A stretch of DNA of 59,512 nt, the filler included, from Sphacelaria rigidula (lineage: Eukaryota), in assembly GCA_964200075.2 (NCBI GenBank). It is 8 parts of 8 records of this genome, joined end to end, with 100 filler letters (N's around TTAATTAATTAA, not from the genome) between each part and the next. Parts side by side here need not be neighbours in the genome. Positions count along the whole stretch, not along the records: positions 22,357 to 29,708 come from CAXNAA020015290.1; positions 29,809 to 37,159 come from CAXNAA020015291.1; 6 more parts are not named here. One strand, written 5' to 3'. The notes under the pieces were generated by a model. That model was not told the DNA's origin. It ran no database searches and worked only from the letters and a program-made list of their open reading frames with translations. Positions 23,546 through 35,175 of the stretch are shown here, piece by piece. Numbering within the stretch: the first letter of the stretch is position 1; every line of letters begins with the position of its first letter. A program made the translations under genes and the position numbers.

Positions 23546-25289
23546 TTATTAATAATACCATCTTCCACGCCATAATGCATAATATGTGCTGTTTATCTCT
23601 ATGTCGCTTGTATCCGTCACGGTTCTTGTCCTTCCTTTGATTTCCTAGGAAGATTTTTGTGACTCTCTATCTTCTGACGTCCCTTTGCGCCTGCCGAGCA
23701 TGGTTGCTGCCAGAGCGAAGGGATGTGATGTGTGTATGTCTCCGAGATGGAGATGTGCGCCGAGCTCCTACCGCGGGTCTGAGTGAAAAATACTGACTGG
23801 TGCTGCACCGGGAGTGCAAATCATCTCGACAACTAACCGTTGGCGAAGACCGATAAGATTAAACCGATCAATCATACAATGAAATTCCCGATTGTCAATC
23901 TTGATCTTTGCTAAAGTACCCTAGACCTTCAGTCTTGGCTAAAGAGGTCACTTTACAACGCTTGACTTGGTTACATTCTGTTCCCCGTCCTCTTCCTGTA
24001 GAAACTTTGTTATGTTCCAGTTTTCAGCCTGAACTTTTTTATTTTTTTTATTTTTCCTTCCTCGTCACCACGGTGCATCCGCATCTGGTGTTCAAACGGG
24101 GTACGGCGGAGCAGCTATGGACAATGAGTGAGTGTACATGTTTCGATTGCTACCCAGATTTTTACTTAGCGACCATTAATCCGCGTATAGATGCTGAAAA
24201 CAGTCTTGGTTTCCCGTCAGAGGGATAGACGAGGTCCGAGCGCACACGACGTGAAGTTCGGTCTTGCCGACTCTTCCTGCAGATATATGCTTGCATTTAC
24301 GAGGAACAGATAGCCTGACCCGATCGACATACCATGTGTCGTATTGAGGCTGATCATAAATGCCCTGCTATTCGACTGTTCATGTTCTTGTCGTATCAGA
24401 TCAGGTCATCGGGGCACTTCAGCCTCCGAGTTGTCGGTGAATGTTTTCGGTGAAGGGGGGTATTTTTCTATTATAGGTCATCTTCCCCAGTTCGAAAGTG
24501 TACTGAACGGTGTCTGCTTTCATTCCTTTCGTGTTTGTCCGCAGTGCATCTGACATTGTGGTGGACCGCTGCGAATTTCCAATTACGACAACACTAGTTG
24601 TAGTACAGGCGGCAGCGAGGTCGATAGTACCGTCAATGGTGCAGTCCGTCCAAAGAGTATGTTACGAACAGGGTAGTGCGCTACAATGTCGTGCATTGTG
24701 TATTGTACTGTACTTGACCATGCTACTGCCATATTGTCTGCGCTGCACGGTTTACCTTTCCTCACAATACAGTCAACACTACTCACTACTGTGATACCTT
24801 GGATCGGGTCCACCGTTCTCGTCTTGAGCACGTTTGTGTGTCTGGCATGGCAGTTGTTTGCATTGAATTGGAGAACAACTAACAGCAGTGCTCGCTTGCC
24901 TTCGCCAGCAGAGGAGGGAGTCATAAGGCTTACGGTACTGTTGATGTTTGCGCTGGGTGGTAGCGTGGTGCTACCAGCCCGTACAAGCAGACGAGGCACA
25001 ACAAGCAGTGCGATACGCTACACATATTGTATTGTATTACTGTAGTACCGTACGAGTACAACAGTTCAGAACAGCCTTGTACTCTTCCACACCCTACTGT
25101 CTGGACCGTACTGTTGTACCACACTACGCGACACTATTTACGGCGCAATCCCGCAATACTTTTACTGTACCGTACTACACTGGGCTACGCTGGGCAACGC
25201 GGAAACCGCAGCAAGTTTGTACTGCGGTCTGCCACGTGCAAGGCAGTAAGTCCTTGACGTAATTGACGAACGTCCACCGTAGTAGGTGT

Positions 25290-25365
25290 TGATACTTATC
25301 ATACTCTCATCTACTGTAATTGTTGCACCGCACGTGAAGCGAATGTCTAGTTCACGAAAAACGTC
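25290..25365 (-). pseudogene. Fragment of a piggyBac-family (DDE_Tnp_1_7) transposase
   Basis: Minus strand reads RFTCGATITVDESMI, matching the first catalytic-D motif (.vDEsmi). Short fragment only. Confidence 0.45.
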
Positions 25366-27460
25366 AACCCTTAGACAGCAAGCGTCGCCTCGGAGCAGTT
25401 TAATATGCTGACAGCACCGCGACATCCGGGGGTTTTCAGTGGACGGGGGGGGGGGGTAGGGGTCTGTCCGCAGGGCAGCCAGGATGCTCACCAAGTCAAC
25501 CATGTGTGTTTGGAGGCCATATTCGGCCATTTTCTGGCCCTGTTTTAAGGACCAGTGGCCTACCCAAGCACACACAAAAAAATAATAAGCCTGTTGAGTA
25601 GTGGTCGCCACCTGTCCGTCTTGTTGCCAAGAAACTGTGCACGTTCCAGTGACTGCAGCTAAGCAGACACAGAAGAGTTTTTCTACGATACTCCCCCCCC
25701 AAAACTAGCCAAAAACTGTCACGAAGAGAGTGGTCATACAGCGCCTGATGTTGGGTTTCAGGCTGCATGAAGCGCCTCATTTTGGGCGACATTTGCGAAA
25801 ACAAACCCAAGCCTGAGAATTCCCAGCTGCTCGTTGTGCTCGGCTCTTCTCTTTCCGATATACATGTAGAGCATGCCTCCCCAAAACATGGCAGCCAGTT
25901 GATTTTGGGGGGGGGCTATCGTAAAAAGTGCCGGAAGCGGTGTGCACTCTGTGCAGTAGAGCACGATGGCACGCTGTACTGCACCGCACCGTACCGCACT
26001 GTGGCATGTAGCTGTTGAAGAGGTAAATCACTTTCCATGTCTGTAGAGGTACAGCACAATTCGAAGGATAAGAACACATGAGATATGCTCGTCGAGGCGC
26101 GCAAGTGCGGCTACGAACATAGCAGGATTTCCCAAAGATAGTCATGAGAGTACTCTGATTGCGCATATTGCAAGGAGTTGCGGTAGCTTAGCAAGCCCAC
26201 ACCACTCGTAGTGTATGGACTTGATCAAATGGTGGGAGTACAGCAAATGAACGACTGACATGAATCCAGAAAATGGCCTCACCGCGAAACAGAGTTTTCT
26301 CCGCATGCTCACACTACAAGTATACACTCTCAAGCATTTCTCCTATTCAAATATGCACGTATCATTCCGGCAGGTAGGCCTAACACGAGCGAGTGCCGTG
26401 AAACAATCAACATTCAAATATTGTGCATTCGATTAAGAGTAATTTTCTCAGCTTTTTCGGTTTTGCCGAAACACATCGGCGGTTACCCTGTGACGCGAAA
26501 TTTTGGGGATGGAGAGGTATCCGTACCCCCAACGCAAATTCCGAAAGTAAGGTCCTTTCTAAGGATCGTACACAGTAGGAAACCGTCGGAGGGTTATGAG
26601 CCCCGGTCCCTCTACGGACAGCAGAGTGCTTTGTCTATTGAGCTACGACGGTGCGTTGGCGACAACGCTCTGGGAGAGCTTGACAGAGACGTGTCGGAGA
26701 ACACAGGAGTGAGAAGGGGTGCGAGGAGTAGCCTCGCGTCTCTTCTCAGACAAACGAGAGTGCGCTCGGTAGTGTTGTATGTGATGCGCTTGAGCCCGGC
26801 CTGGGTACACACAGCTACTAGCTCTGTGGCTAGAAGACTTACAGACGTGTCTCCGACAGCAGTCTGGCTGAGAATGCGAGGAACGTTCTTGTGGCTAGCG
26901 GTCTTTTATGGGCAGAACCGCGTCTCTAGCTTTAATGTTGAACGACTTACGTGCTAACCCGTCGTTACGGGTCCCACGATTGTACAGCCCCGGGATTTTG
27001 CCGTTTGATATTTCCCTCAACTGAATCGATCCCGATCGTAACGATGAGCAATTCCGTGGTACAGTTTTAGCGTTTGAACTTTCTTCGTATTCATCGCGGG
27101 ACAGCCGAAAAACCGTGTTTTCGTACCAAATACGGTCAACATATGATCCCCCCTTGACCGGGATTACATTTCATATTGCTCCGACAACACAAATGGGGAG
27201 TATTTCCTGTGCACCGGGGGATTGCGTATCTCTCAGAGTAACCCCCCCCCCCCTTTTCGGCCTCAAAGAAAATGTTGAATATTGACTGAAAACCACCGTA
27301 AAAGCAGCGTGGAGCTTTTGCAAACCGTTGCATTTGCTGCAGGAGAATGAACACAACAGTTGTTGCGACATGCGTTTTGCTTTACAGTAGTATATATTTC
27401 GTATCACGAGCAACCGTCACCCTTAACCAGGATGCTCAAAATTCCTCTACATCTTCTGTG

Positions 27461-27499
27461 CCGCCGCCGCCGCCGCTGCTGCTGCTGCTGCTGCTGCTG
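27461..27499. repeat. Compound (CCG)n(CTG)n microsatellite
   Basis: ccgccgccgccgccgctgctgctgctgctgctgctgctg. Confidence 0.9.
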
Positions 27500-27550
27500 T
27501 TGGTGGATAATGGCAATTTTGCTGCGTTCAGCTTCGCGGACGATGACGGG

Positions 27551-28920
27551 ATGCGGCAAATTCGCAGCCGGAGACGGTTCCACACCGGGCTCTTGATCAT
27601 CTTGATGCTGTTCTTCATGGACACGAGATCCACACAGCGGACAGATTCCCGTACCACCCCCAACCAGGTTTGTGCTGTCTGCTTTTAACTCTCTCCTGTA
27701 TAAATGGTGAAATAAGGTATCATTTATTCAGCGAAGGTGTCCTGTATGTCATGTTGACTTCAAAAAGGGGGAAGAAAAAGTACCACTAAAAAAAAAAGCC
27801 GTTTGCAATTGATTTGTCATGGTCTATTCATCACGCGCATATCTCTCTTGTTCCTGGAGACTCCATAGCGCAGGGGATGTCATTGTTTGTGGTATCAGCA
27901 CAGCAGTATTCAGATCGGCGCTGTCCAGGGATAGTTCGTACAGAACCAAAGCCGAGACAAATGAGATTTTGAGCGATGTGTTCGACAAAAGTTGTCGAAC
28001 TTCAAACGTGTTCGGTTGACGAGGTCCACGTAAACCAGCCATACCCCTTGTAATGGCATGCTGAAAGTCCCGAGGTGGAATTCGTTTCCTTGGCGAGCTG
28101 GAAACAGTGTAGTCGTCTGCGCCGGAGGGGGGGAAAACAACACATCAAAGCAGCGATAAACCCAACCCTTCCGCGTTCTACGCGACCTCATTTTGCTCCG
28201 AAGTGTCGGGTCGTACTTTGCCCTCCACATCTGCAGTGCATTTTTATCTCTCTCACAGTCATTTATACTCTCTGCACACACTGTTATTTGCTCTGAAGAG
28301 AAATGGCAGCCAAGTTTGCATAAAGGGTAACGAGCGAAAAACCGTGATATATGTCATCATCTTTCAGGATACAGAGACGTTTTGGAAAGAGCAAAAAAAT
28401 GGTCGGCACAACACTGGGTGCGAAGATTTTTTTACAGGGCTTTCGTGTAGTAACACACCCCCGCGATAATATTACCGAAATATCGGTAGTTGAGTGTTGC
28501 AAAACTGCTTCTATTCTGGTCAGAATTATCTCGGTTCATGTTGATGCAAATTCGTGTTCGCCAACGTAAGGGGGTGATATCCAACAATGTAAGGCATATT
28601 ATACACCTCCTGCTGCTTCTGCAAAGCCAAAATTGACAACTAACAAAAAACGACTGTTCTGTTTTCTCTCTTTTCTTTTGCTTTTTTTTTCTGTAGTGCA
28701 AGACATGAGGACCAACCAAAAACCTGACCTGTCGTTTATTCTTGTCTTTCAATGTCTTCTTAGTCCATTGTTTTTTTTAAACGCTCCTGATTGCAATAAT
28801 AAAAGGTAAACATCAAGAACGCGAAGAAGCTCCAAGACACGGTGAGGAAGCTGGAGAATGACCTGGACAAGGTGCCACACAAAGACCCCTTTGTGCTGAA
28901 GACTTTCGAGAGTTTCCAAG
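27551..28920 (+). CDS. Two putative 5' exons of an unknown membrane-anchored protein (partial)
   Basis: 27551-27667 reads MRQIRSRRRFHTGLLIILMLFFMDTRSTQRTDSRTTPNQ followed by gtttgt. 28806-28920 reads VNIKNAKKLQDTVRKLENDLDKVPHKDPFVLKTFESFQ between aag and gtagag. Phases are compatible and codon usage looks coding. No family recognised. Confidence 0.5.
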
Positions 28921-31124
28921 GTAGAGGGGGCGACGAGTAGGTACCGTAAAGTACGACTGTTTCGGAAAGTGTCTTTTTCCAATGCTCAGCCTCAAGTATT
29001 CCTGCAGCGGTCGACATACCGTCGGTATCGCCCCCCTCCGCCCTGAGAAACAAAATTAAAAAAAGCAGGCTTTTACTCGTGACTTTTTGCTGAATATTTT
29101 TGATGCCGGCGGTATCGACTCTCCGATCGAAATGTTGGGTGTTGTATTAAGTCGCCAGTGTCGAGATCTTTTTGTTCGAATGTTTACAATGGTGCGAAAC
29201 GAATAGAAGCTACGAACGTAAAGATAAGATTGAGTGCATAGCTTATTTTTTTTGTACACACATGAGAGAGAGATATATATTTTTGTTCCTGTCCTACTCG
29301 TGGAATTATGAAGCATGATCTATAATGAACTGTAGCACGGATATGCAGGTGTCTATGAACCCCCCCCCCCTCCTTCCCTCCCTCGTCCTCCTTCCCCACC
29401 ATCTTGGTCTTGTCAACTAGATTATTCAATATGGAATCAAGTCACCTAGTTCTCGAAATTATTTGTCCCTGGGCATATCGTGATTCGTTGATGTTTTGTA
29501 TGGCGTCCCTGCATATGGAGCATGCTCAATACCTGGTGGTGTGCTTTCCTGTGTTGGATCGAAGGTCTTTGATCTATGAGAAGTGGTACGCCTCGCCTGT
29601 GGTCTGCAAGCCCCCCCCCAAGCCTTTGTAGCGATGCGAGGTCAATGGTCTTATGACTATGGCATGCATGATAATGAGTACACCCCCCCCCCCCCTTCCC
29701 CTCACCCCNNNNNNNNNNNNNNNNNNNNNNNNNNNNNNNNNNNNNNNNNNNNTTAATTAATTAANNNNNNNNNNNNNNNNNNNNNNNNNNNNNNNNNNNN
29801 NNNNNNNNGGAAAGCACGGCTTTTGAGTTGAACCTCATTTTTTTTTTCAACCCCATTTTCGAAAATCGGCTGTTAGATGCGTGTCTTAGGATGGGTGGGT
29901 CCACTGAAACACATGATTGGGGCTGCGGTGCCATGTGGCTTCAGCGAAAGTGCGCCGACGACTTTTTGTCGTCTTGGTGCAGTATACTTTCCCATTCGGG
30001 AGCGTGAGTCGGTCAATCTTGATTTTGATGTGAAAATCGAAATCCGGATCTTTCATGGGGGCTGAGCTCCTAGCATTCTACTTGCGTCCCAAACGCGTCC
30101 CTGTCTAAATCGGCGCCTGAGGCGCCGATTCGAGGTCTGGTAACGCACCCTTCGCCTACGAAACACGTTGCACTCGCCTTGCCCGATGGTTCTCAGTATG
30201 CCTTCGTGAGGGCCAGTCCATCTGCACTATCACGAGTCTTCCATGGGTGTCATCTATTCCGAGGCCGTTACAAAGGGGTGCGGGTTTCGCCTTCTCTTGA
30301 GACCGGCGAGGGTTGGGGGTGCGTTACTACGATTACAGCCCAATCTGTCTAGGAGATTACTCATCGCCACGGCCATCGATTGGGATGCGACTTTTTGCAT
30401 CATCTGCGCCAAGACGACAGCTACAATTGTACTGGTTGGATATTTTTTATTACATCAGGGTGCGAGTTTTATAACGAATTATGTGAAAAAAAACGTAGGT
30501 TTTTTACGATTTTCTCAGTCACCGCAACGTCGTAGGTTAAACGAAGCTGTACAAATGTAGCTAGGACGAATACACGCCGGTGAGTAGCCGAGCCACGCCG
30601 CGGTTCATCCTCCGGAACAAGAAAACTTATAAAGCGTGGAGTGGAAACCCTGCTCAAATCACAAGTACTTAAAGGGATTTTGCGGCGTGCATATTCGGAG
30701 GATGAACGTCATCTCCGGTCTGTTCGTGCTTTTGGTCGATGACACTCTTTGGGCTCATTTTGGGGGGTCAGGCGCACCCATAACAGTGCAGGCAGCGCAA
30801 AGCTACGAGTGGTTCAAGCACTTTTGATGTTGCACTGTCAGCAAGGAGTGCGGATAGTCCCGCGCTGTCTGCACTGCACGTTGACTCCTTCTCTTCCACA
30901 TGCTACTGACTGTACAGAACACGCATACACACTTTCAGGCACACAGAGTGTATACAATGCAGACAGTACAGCTGTACTGTCGACAGGCAAACAAATGCTG
31001 TGTTGTTGTGCTGTTCTCTCCTTTATTCTGGGCGCCAGTCTGCCCCTTTCGGGATATGTACGAATTCGCTCAAATCCGTTTCGCCGTACACTCTCAACGA
31101 TCGAAAACGATGTGCGAAGATGTG

Positions 31125-31560
31125 GCCTCGTACACGGGTTTTTACAAAATGGGGATGGAGTTTTTATTGGGAAGGAAACCTGGAAAATTAAAATCTTCGC
31201 ATCCACACCAAACCTTCGAAGCATGGTTCCATTTCTTTGCTTGCTGGTATCTGTTGACAACTGCTACACGCCATTCATATTTGGACTTCGATAACCGAAA
31301 TATCGGGGTCCAAGGCGAAAAAACAACTTTGAGGTTTGCTCGGATCGTCTAAATCCCCGAAAATTGGTTTCTCACCTAGGACCCCGACATGTCGGTTGTC
31401 GAAGTCCAGATTTGTATGGCGTGTAGCAGTTGTCAATAACCACCAACAAGTGAAGATATGGAACCATACTTCGACGAGTTGGTGTGGATACGAAGATTCC
31501 AATTCCCCGGGTTCTCATCCCCCATTGAAATTCCATCCCCAATTAGTAAAATCCCGTGTT
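31125..31560. mobile_element. Diverged foldback element (~210-bp inverted arms)
   Basis: ttgacaactgctacacgccat...tggacttcgataaccga (31254-31298) is the reverse complement of tcggttgtcgaagtcca...atggcgtgtagcagttgtcaa (31392-31436). Similarity extends outwards. Confidence 0.75.
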
Positions 31561-32901
31561 CTTGTCCAATATTTGGTCAAGTATTTGAGGACGTGGACCC
31601 AATCCCGGTTATTTCACCCGATTTTTCCAAAGTGCAGTCCCAACCCAACGTGGCCTTGAAATGATCCATAGAAAATCGCCTACAGCAAAAGCAAAGGTCA
31701 AAACCCCGTGATTCAGCTCGAACCCTCTCCAAAACGAAAAATGAAACATGTATGAAACCCAAAAGTAAAAACCCCGTCATCGTCCACCAAGAAAATAGGG
31801 AACAAGAACACCCGTTGTCCGCGTGAAAAAAAAACTGGATGAATGACTCCAACGAAGGCTTATTGACGCAATAAAATGAAAATCGGATACACCGTAGACG
31901 TACTACAAGTACCACACGACATCCGCAAACACACTGTAGTTTCTTCATGGCAGAACTTTCTTTGCCCCCCCTTGTTTCCAGTGAACATCGGGCAAACATC
32001 GGAGCGCGGGGAGATGAGGCACTGGTAAAATGCTGAGCTCTCGTGCGCAAACACCATTCCGTGTATTTTATATTTATACTGCGAGTCTCACCCATCGAAC
32101 GTACCTTTCAACGCGATCGTTCGAGGATCACCTGCTATATCAACACACTCCTTTTCCCTCGGTGTGTTGATTGTATTCATGCGCATATGCCACACTCAGT
32201 GTTGCACGAGGCACTCTACCCCTCAGCTCAATAATGCGCGGACTCATTCGTGTATCCATTGGCAGCGAACGCCACGGCCAAATAGTTACTAAGGACGCAT
32301 GAAACACCGCTACCGCCACGGTAAAGCATGTTGCTTGGAAGATAAATGAGCATGCACCGCACAAACGTAGGATATGCCTGGATCCTCACACGCTCGATTC
32401 CGCCCCGATTTCCCGTATGAAACATGGGGAGGGAGGCACCGTTATTCGCCATCAACTGCCTCGACGGTATATCAAGATGATACGCTATCGATTGAATCGA
32501 GAAAGCATATATTGCCCTTGGCCAACCTACATATTTTGACCGTCTGTGTAACTCGCATTTGCGATACGACCACGGACCTGTGAGCGAAAAAGAGAACCTG
32601 TACATAGAGGCGGACAGCCTTCATCTTCACGTCCAACCATGACGCATTGTACACAACAAATCAACGCCTGCACCATTGTCCGAAATTCAGTCACGTGACG
32701 CCGCACTTCAGCTGCAAGTCAAACATCTTTTCAAATGAGACCAGGCTTAAACTCGAGAAATTATGAATCGGTGCGACCATCAGGGAATCAAACAGGCATC
32801 CAGAACATCAACTGCTGCTGTCAGACAGGCCACGCACCACCCTCACTTGGCTCACTCAAATCTCCCCCCCAACGCCAACTTTTACAGAGTGGCAGGTCTG
32901 G

Positions 32902-35175
32902 TCATGGTATGGATCCGATGATAAACCTCGGGCCAATACTCACAGACCGCAGCGAGACAGGCCACACTATACCCTTGGTTGGCTGGTGGAAGTTGTTCGC
33001 AAACATCAAATGCCGCAGCGAGGCAGGCCATGCCACGCCCTCGATCGGCTGGTTGAATTTCAGCCCGAAACACAACACCTGCATCGAGGCCGGCCATGCC
33101 ACAGCCTCGATCGGCTGGTCGAATTCGGCACCGAACACCAACCGCTGCAGCGAGGCAGGCCATGCCACAGCCTCGATCGGCTGATTGAATTTCGTCCCGA
33201 ACCCCAAGTGCTTCAGCGAGGCAGGCCATGCCACGGCTTTGATCGGCTGATTGAATTCCGTTCCGAAGCTCAAGTACTGCAGCGAGGTAGGCCATTCCAC
33301 AGCGTCGATAGGCTGGTTGAAGTTGCCACGAAACACCAACCGCCGCACCGAGGCAGGCCATTCCACAGCGTCGATCGGCTGGTTGAAGTTGTCACCGAAC
33401 ATCAACCGCTGCAGCGAGGTAGGCCATGCCACAGCGTCGACCGGCCGATTGAAATGGTCTCCCAACGACAACTCCTGCAGCGAGGCCGGCCATGACACAG
33501 CCTCGATCGGCTGGTCGAATTTGGTACCGGACATCAACCGCTCCAGCGCCACACGCTCGATCAAAAACTTGCCTCGACTTGCTTTGCATCCGAATATCAA
33601 CTGCTGCAGCGCGGCAGGCCATGTCACACGCTCGATCGGCTGGTTGAAGTTCTCTCCGAACACCAACTGCTGCAGCGAGGCAGGCCATGTCACGTCCTCG
33701 ATCGGCTGGTTGAATTCGATTCCAAAGGTCAACTGCTGCAGCGCGGCAGGCCATGCCACGTCCTCGATCGGCTGGTTGAATTTGAACCCAAAGGTCAACT
33801 GCTGCAGCGAGGCAGGCCATGTCACGTCCTCGATCGGCTGGTTGAATTCGATTCCAAAGGTCAACTGCTGCAGCGAGGCAGGCCATGCCACGTCCTCGAT
33901 CGGCTGGTTGAATTTGAACCCAAAGGTCAACTGCTGCAGCGAGGCAGGCCATGCCACGTCCTCGATCGGCTGGTTGAATTCGAACCCAAAGGTCAACTGC
34001 TGCAGCGAGGCAGGCCATTCCACACATTCAATCGGCTGGTTGAAGTGGCATCCCAAGGTCAACTGCTGCAGCGAGGCAGGCCATGCCCTAGACTCGATCG
34101 GCTGGTTGAATTCGGACCCAAAGGACAGCTGCTGCAGCGAGGCAGGCCATGCCACACGCTCGATCGGCCGGTTGAACCCGTGCCCGAGCGACAACTCCTG
34201 CATCGAGGCAGGCCATGCCACAGCCTTGATCGGCTGGTTGAACCTGCCTCCGAACTCCAACTTTTGCAGCGAGGCTGGCCATGCCACAGCCTCGATCGGC
34301 TGGTTGAATATGCCTAGGAAAGCCAACTGCTGCAGCGAAGCAGGCCATGCCACAGTCTTGATCGGCTGGTTGAAGGAGGAACCGAATTTTAACCGCTGCA
34401 GCGAGGCCGGCCATGGCACAGCCTCGATCGGCTGGTTGAAGTTGTATCTTAAAGTCAACTCCTGCAGCGTGGCAGGCCATGCCACAGCCTCGATCGGCTG
34501 GTTGAAGTTGTCTCCCAACTTCAACGTTTGCAGCGAGGCAGGCCATGCCACAGCCTCGATCGGCTGGTTGAAGTTGTTCCCAAAAGTCAACTTTTGCAGC
34601 GAGGCAGGCCATGCCACATCCTCGATGGGCTGGTTGAAGTGGTATCCCAAGGTCAACTGCTGCAAAGAAGCTGGCCAGGACACATTTTTGATCGATTGAT
34701 TGAATTTGCTTCGTCTGTAACATTTAACGTCAAACGAAATACATCCAAGCCGCGTTGGCCATATCATATAATCAAGACTAGAGTTGAATTCGTTGTCAAA
34801 TTCCACTCTTTCCACACTTGCCGCCAAGACGTTCATTTCCCGAGACATGACCTTGACATTTGCATCAGCCATCCACACCAATTGGCGTGCTCGCAGCAAA
34901 GGCACCCTGCTCTCATCAGGATCGTTTTTTATGGGGCTCGATATTTGTTTGGTAGGAGCCGCCCACAGCGTTCGCGGTGTATACTCATCAAGTACCAAGC
35001 TTGGGGTGCTGACGCCGCGGCAAGCTATGCAGAACTCCAATGACACCAGTTGCAAGTGCTTCGTGGGCAGGGACGGCCCTCGCTCCGATAAAGCGTTGTT
35101 GAGCACGACGGTGAACGCATCCAAGCACAAGTTGTTGCCTGTATCAAGACGGGAGGAAAGACGAACTGGACTCAT
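32902..35175 (-). CDS. Intronless FNIP-repeat (LRR-like) protein, about 26 x 22-aa repeats
   Basis: Uninterrupted ORF 32902-35241; first ATG at 35175 (MSPVRL). Repeat consensus xFNQPIEAVAWPASLQxLxFGx (66-bp DNA period, ~32950-34710) follows a unique N-terminal region of about 155 aa. Confidence 0.93.
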   Translation of the reverse strand: MSPVRLSSRLDTGNNLCLDAFTVVLNNALSERGPSLPTKHLQLVSLEFCIACRGVSTPSLVLDEYTPRTLWAAPTKQISSPIKNDPDESRVPLLRARQLVWMADANVKVMSREMNVLAASVERVEFDNEFNSSLDYMIWPTRLGCISFDVKCYRRSKFNQSIKNVSWPASLQQLTLGYHFNQPIEDVAWPASLQKLTFGNNFNQPIEAVAWPASLQTLKLGDNFNQPIEAVAWPATLQELTLRYNFNQPIEAVPWPASLQRLKFGSSFNQPIKTVAWPASLQQLAFLGIFNQPIEAVAWPASLQKLEFGGRFNQPIKAVAWPASMQELSLGHGFNRPIERVAWPASLQQLSFGSEFNQPIESRAWPASLQQLTLGCHFNQPIECVEWPASLQQLTFGFEFNQPIEDVAWPASLQQLTFGFKFNQPIEDVAWPASLQQLTFGIEFNQPIEDVTWPASLQQLTFGFKFNQPIEDVAWPAALQQLTFGIEFNQPIEDVTWPASLQQLVFGENFNQPIERVTWPAALQQLIFGCKASRGKFLIERVALERLMSGTKFDQPIEAVSWPASLQELSLGDHFNRPVDAVAWPTSLQRLMFGDNFNQPIDAVEWPASVRRLVFRGNFNQPIDAVEWPTSLQYLSFGTEFNQPIKAVAWPASLKHLGFGTKFNQPIEAVAWPASLQRLVFGAEFDQPIEAVAWPASMQVLCFGLKFNQPIEGVAWPASLRHLMFANNFHQPTKGIVWPVSLRSVSIGPRFIIGSIP

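Noticed and set aside
24470-24520. ttatag followed by GHLPQ as the next RidA exon
   Set aside because: It lies on a different segment and the downstream residues do not continue the family pattern.
24580-25200. ORFs in ACTGT/AGTAC-rich tracts (also ~36520-36760 and ~46900-47130)
   Set aside because: Low-complexity degenerate repeats giving spurious Cys/Thr/Val-rich translations.
26489-26970. Possible solo LTR (tgtgacg...cgttacg) overlapping ORF 26421-26957
   Set aside because: The end is not canonical CA and no target duplication was found. The ORF has no recognisable motif.
32950-34710. CRISPR-like constant/variable periodicity
   Set aside because: The period is 66 bp and in-frame coding, there are no unique spacers or cas genes, and the context is eukaryotic.
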